Shown here in pieces: positions 62,972 to 64,000 of a stretch of DNA of 64,000 nucleotides. Every line of letters starts with the position of its first letter. Within the stretch, counting starts at the first letter, position 1. Origin of the DNA: an uncultured Candidatus Binatia bacterium (GTDB taxonomy: Bacteria; Desulfobacterota; Binatia; UBA9968; CAXXLF01); contig OZ244621.1 of the NCBI GenBank assembly GCA_965218425.1, positions 1,824,001 to 1,888,000 of the forward strand. Direction: 5' to 3'. The notes below the pieces were generated by a model. That model made no database searches. It saw nothing but the letters and a program-made list of their open reading frames with translations, and was not told the DNA's origin. The position numbers and the translations under genes are program-made.

Positions 62972-63628
62972 TTAGCGAGAGTTTGCCAAGGTTCCGTCCA
63001 ACTCCTGCGAGCTGATTTCTCCTTCCCGAATGATTTTGTATTGGTCTCCATGACATTCCACAATGGTGGATCCCTTTTTGCCCGTGAGTTCTCCAGCGTC
63101 GATGAAAATTCTAAGATTGTCGGCAAAATACGCCTGAGCCTTTGCGATAGTTCTTGCCGGTTCGGCGCCCGAAGGGTTGGCGCTGGTTGCAGTGATGGGG
63201 TAGCCCAAGCCACGGACCAGGGCGGAGGCAATCGGATGACTTGAAACCCGCACCCCGATACCCCCGTGGGGGTTGCAAAGTAGCGGTGAAAGCCCTTTCT
63301 TGGCTGGAAGGACCAGGGTCAGAGGCCCCGGCCAAAAGTGTTGCATGAGTCTTTCCGCTATGGGCGGAAAATCCTTGGTAACCTCTTTGAGCATGTCCAT
63401 GTCCGCAATGATCAACGCAATGGGATTTTTTGCATCTCGGCCCTTGAGGTTTGCGACCCGCTCCACCGCGTCCTCATGGAGGGCATTGGCCCCCAATCCG
63501 TAAAAGGTCTCGGTGGGAAATACAATAACCTCCCCGGATCTCAGGGCCGTCACGGCCCGACCCGACACCGTGGGACTATTTGTTTTGCTAGCTGTTGAGA
63601 TTTCGGTCCTTCTCTTCGACACCTGCAA
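62972..63628 (-). CDS. tsaC: L-threonylcarbamoyladenylate synthase (start uncertain)
   Basis: [35 protein letters not shown]. Confidence 0.95.
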   Translation of the reverse strand: MQVSKRRTEISTASKTNSPTVSGRAVTALRSGEVIVFPTETFYGLGANALHEDAVERVANLKGRDAKNPIALIIADMDMLKEVTKDFPPIAERLMQHFWPGPLTLVLPAKKGLSPLLCNPHGGIGVRVSSHPIASALVRGLGYPITATSANPSGAEPARTIAKAQAYFADNLRIFIDAGELTGKKGSTIVECHGDQYKIIREGEISSQELDGTLANSR

Positions 63629-64000
63629 CCAGTTCTTCTTTCAGCTGTGCCAATTTAGCGGAAACCCGAGAGTCGTTGCGGGCAATTATTTGCGCAGCCA
63701 GTATTCCGGCATTGGCGGAGCCCGCCTTGCCGATCGCCATGGTGGCCACCGGCACTCCCGCGGGCATTTGCACCGTGGCCAGCAGGGCGTCCATGCCCTT
63801 GAGTGGCGAGCTATCGATGGGAACTCCGATGACGGGTAACGTCGTGTGCGCGGCCACTACGCCTGCCAGATGGGCCGCCGCTCCGGCCCCCACAATGATG
63901 ACCTCCAGGCCTCTTTGCCGTGCGGAGCTTGCGTAGCCCGCGGTAAGGGCAGGAGAGCGGTGGGCGGAGAGGACTCTCGTTTCATGGGGGATACCAAAAT
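63588..64000 (-). CDS. purE: N5-carboxyaminoimidazole ribonucleotide mutase (5' truncated by window edge)
   Basis: [42 protein letters not shown]. Confidence 0.97.
   Translation of the reverse strand, partial: FGIPHETRVLSAHRSPALTAGYASSARQRGLEVIIVGAGAAAHLAGVVAAHTTLPVIGVPIDSSPLKGMDALLATVQMPAGVPVATMAIGKAGSANAGILAAQIIARNDSRVSAKLAQLKEELVAGVEEKDRNLNS

Overview
Bacterial chromosomal window, mostly housekeeping and metabolic genes. Gene content suggests a deltaproteobacteria-like organism, possibly Binatia; this is inference only. Recognisable genes: plsY, a Na+-translocating acyl-CoA decarboxylase operon (including a 46-aa gamma subunit missing from the ORF track), exbB/exbD-family, ccdA, eno, ftsB, pcm, tRNA-Gly(CCC), yacG, lpxA, pyrD, thiD, mltG, lexA, an aromatic-acid cluster, larB, thiL, lon-dnaJ-dnaK-grpE, recO-glyQS-ppdK, a gentisate dioxygenase-like cupin, tsaC and purE (partial). 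There are two accessory or decaying zones. The 24.5-28.1 kb zone holds gene remnants and a frameshifted ParB-like gene. The 36.7-41.9 kb zone holds a Zn-ribbon DNA methyltransferase plus PD-(D/E)xK nuclease pair, an aldo/keto reductase remnant and a frameshifted type IV pilin. The most unusual signals are: (1) an unannotated ~300-nt unit at 8174-8504 with a consensus sigma70 promoter overlapped by tandem NrdR-box-like motifs, a strong SD, a 17-aa Lys/Ala micro-peptide and a closing hairpin; (2) the two-gene methyltransferase/nuclease candidate defence system; (3) a stand-alone CimA/LeuA regulatory domain reachable from its SD-preceded ATG only through a -1 shift at U-UUU-UUC; (4) several palindromic intergenic elements. 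No CRISPR array, rRNA, integrase or transposase was seen.
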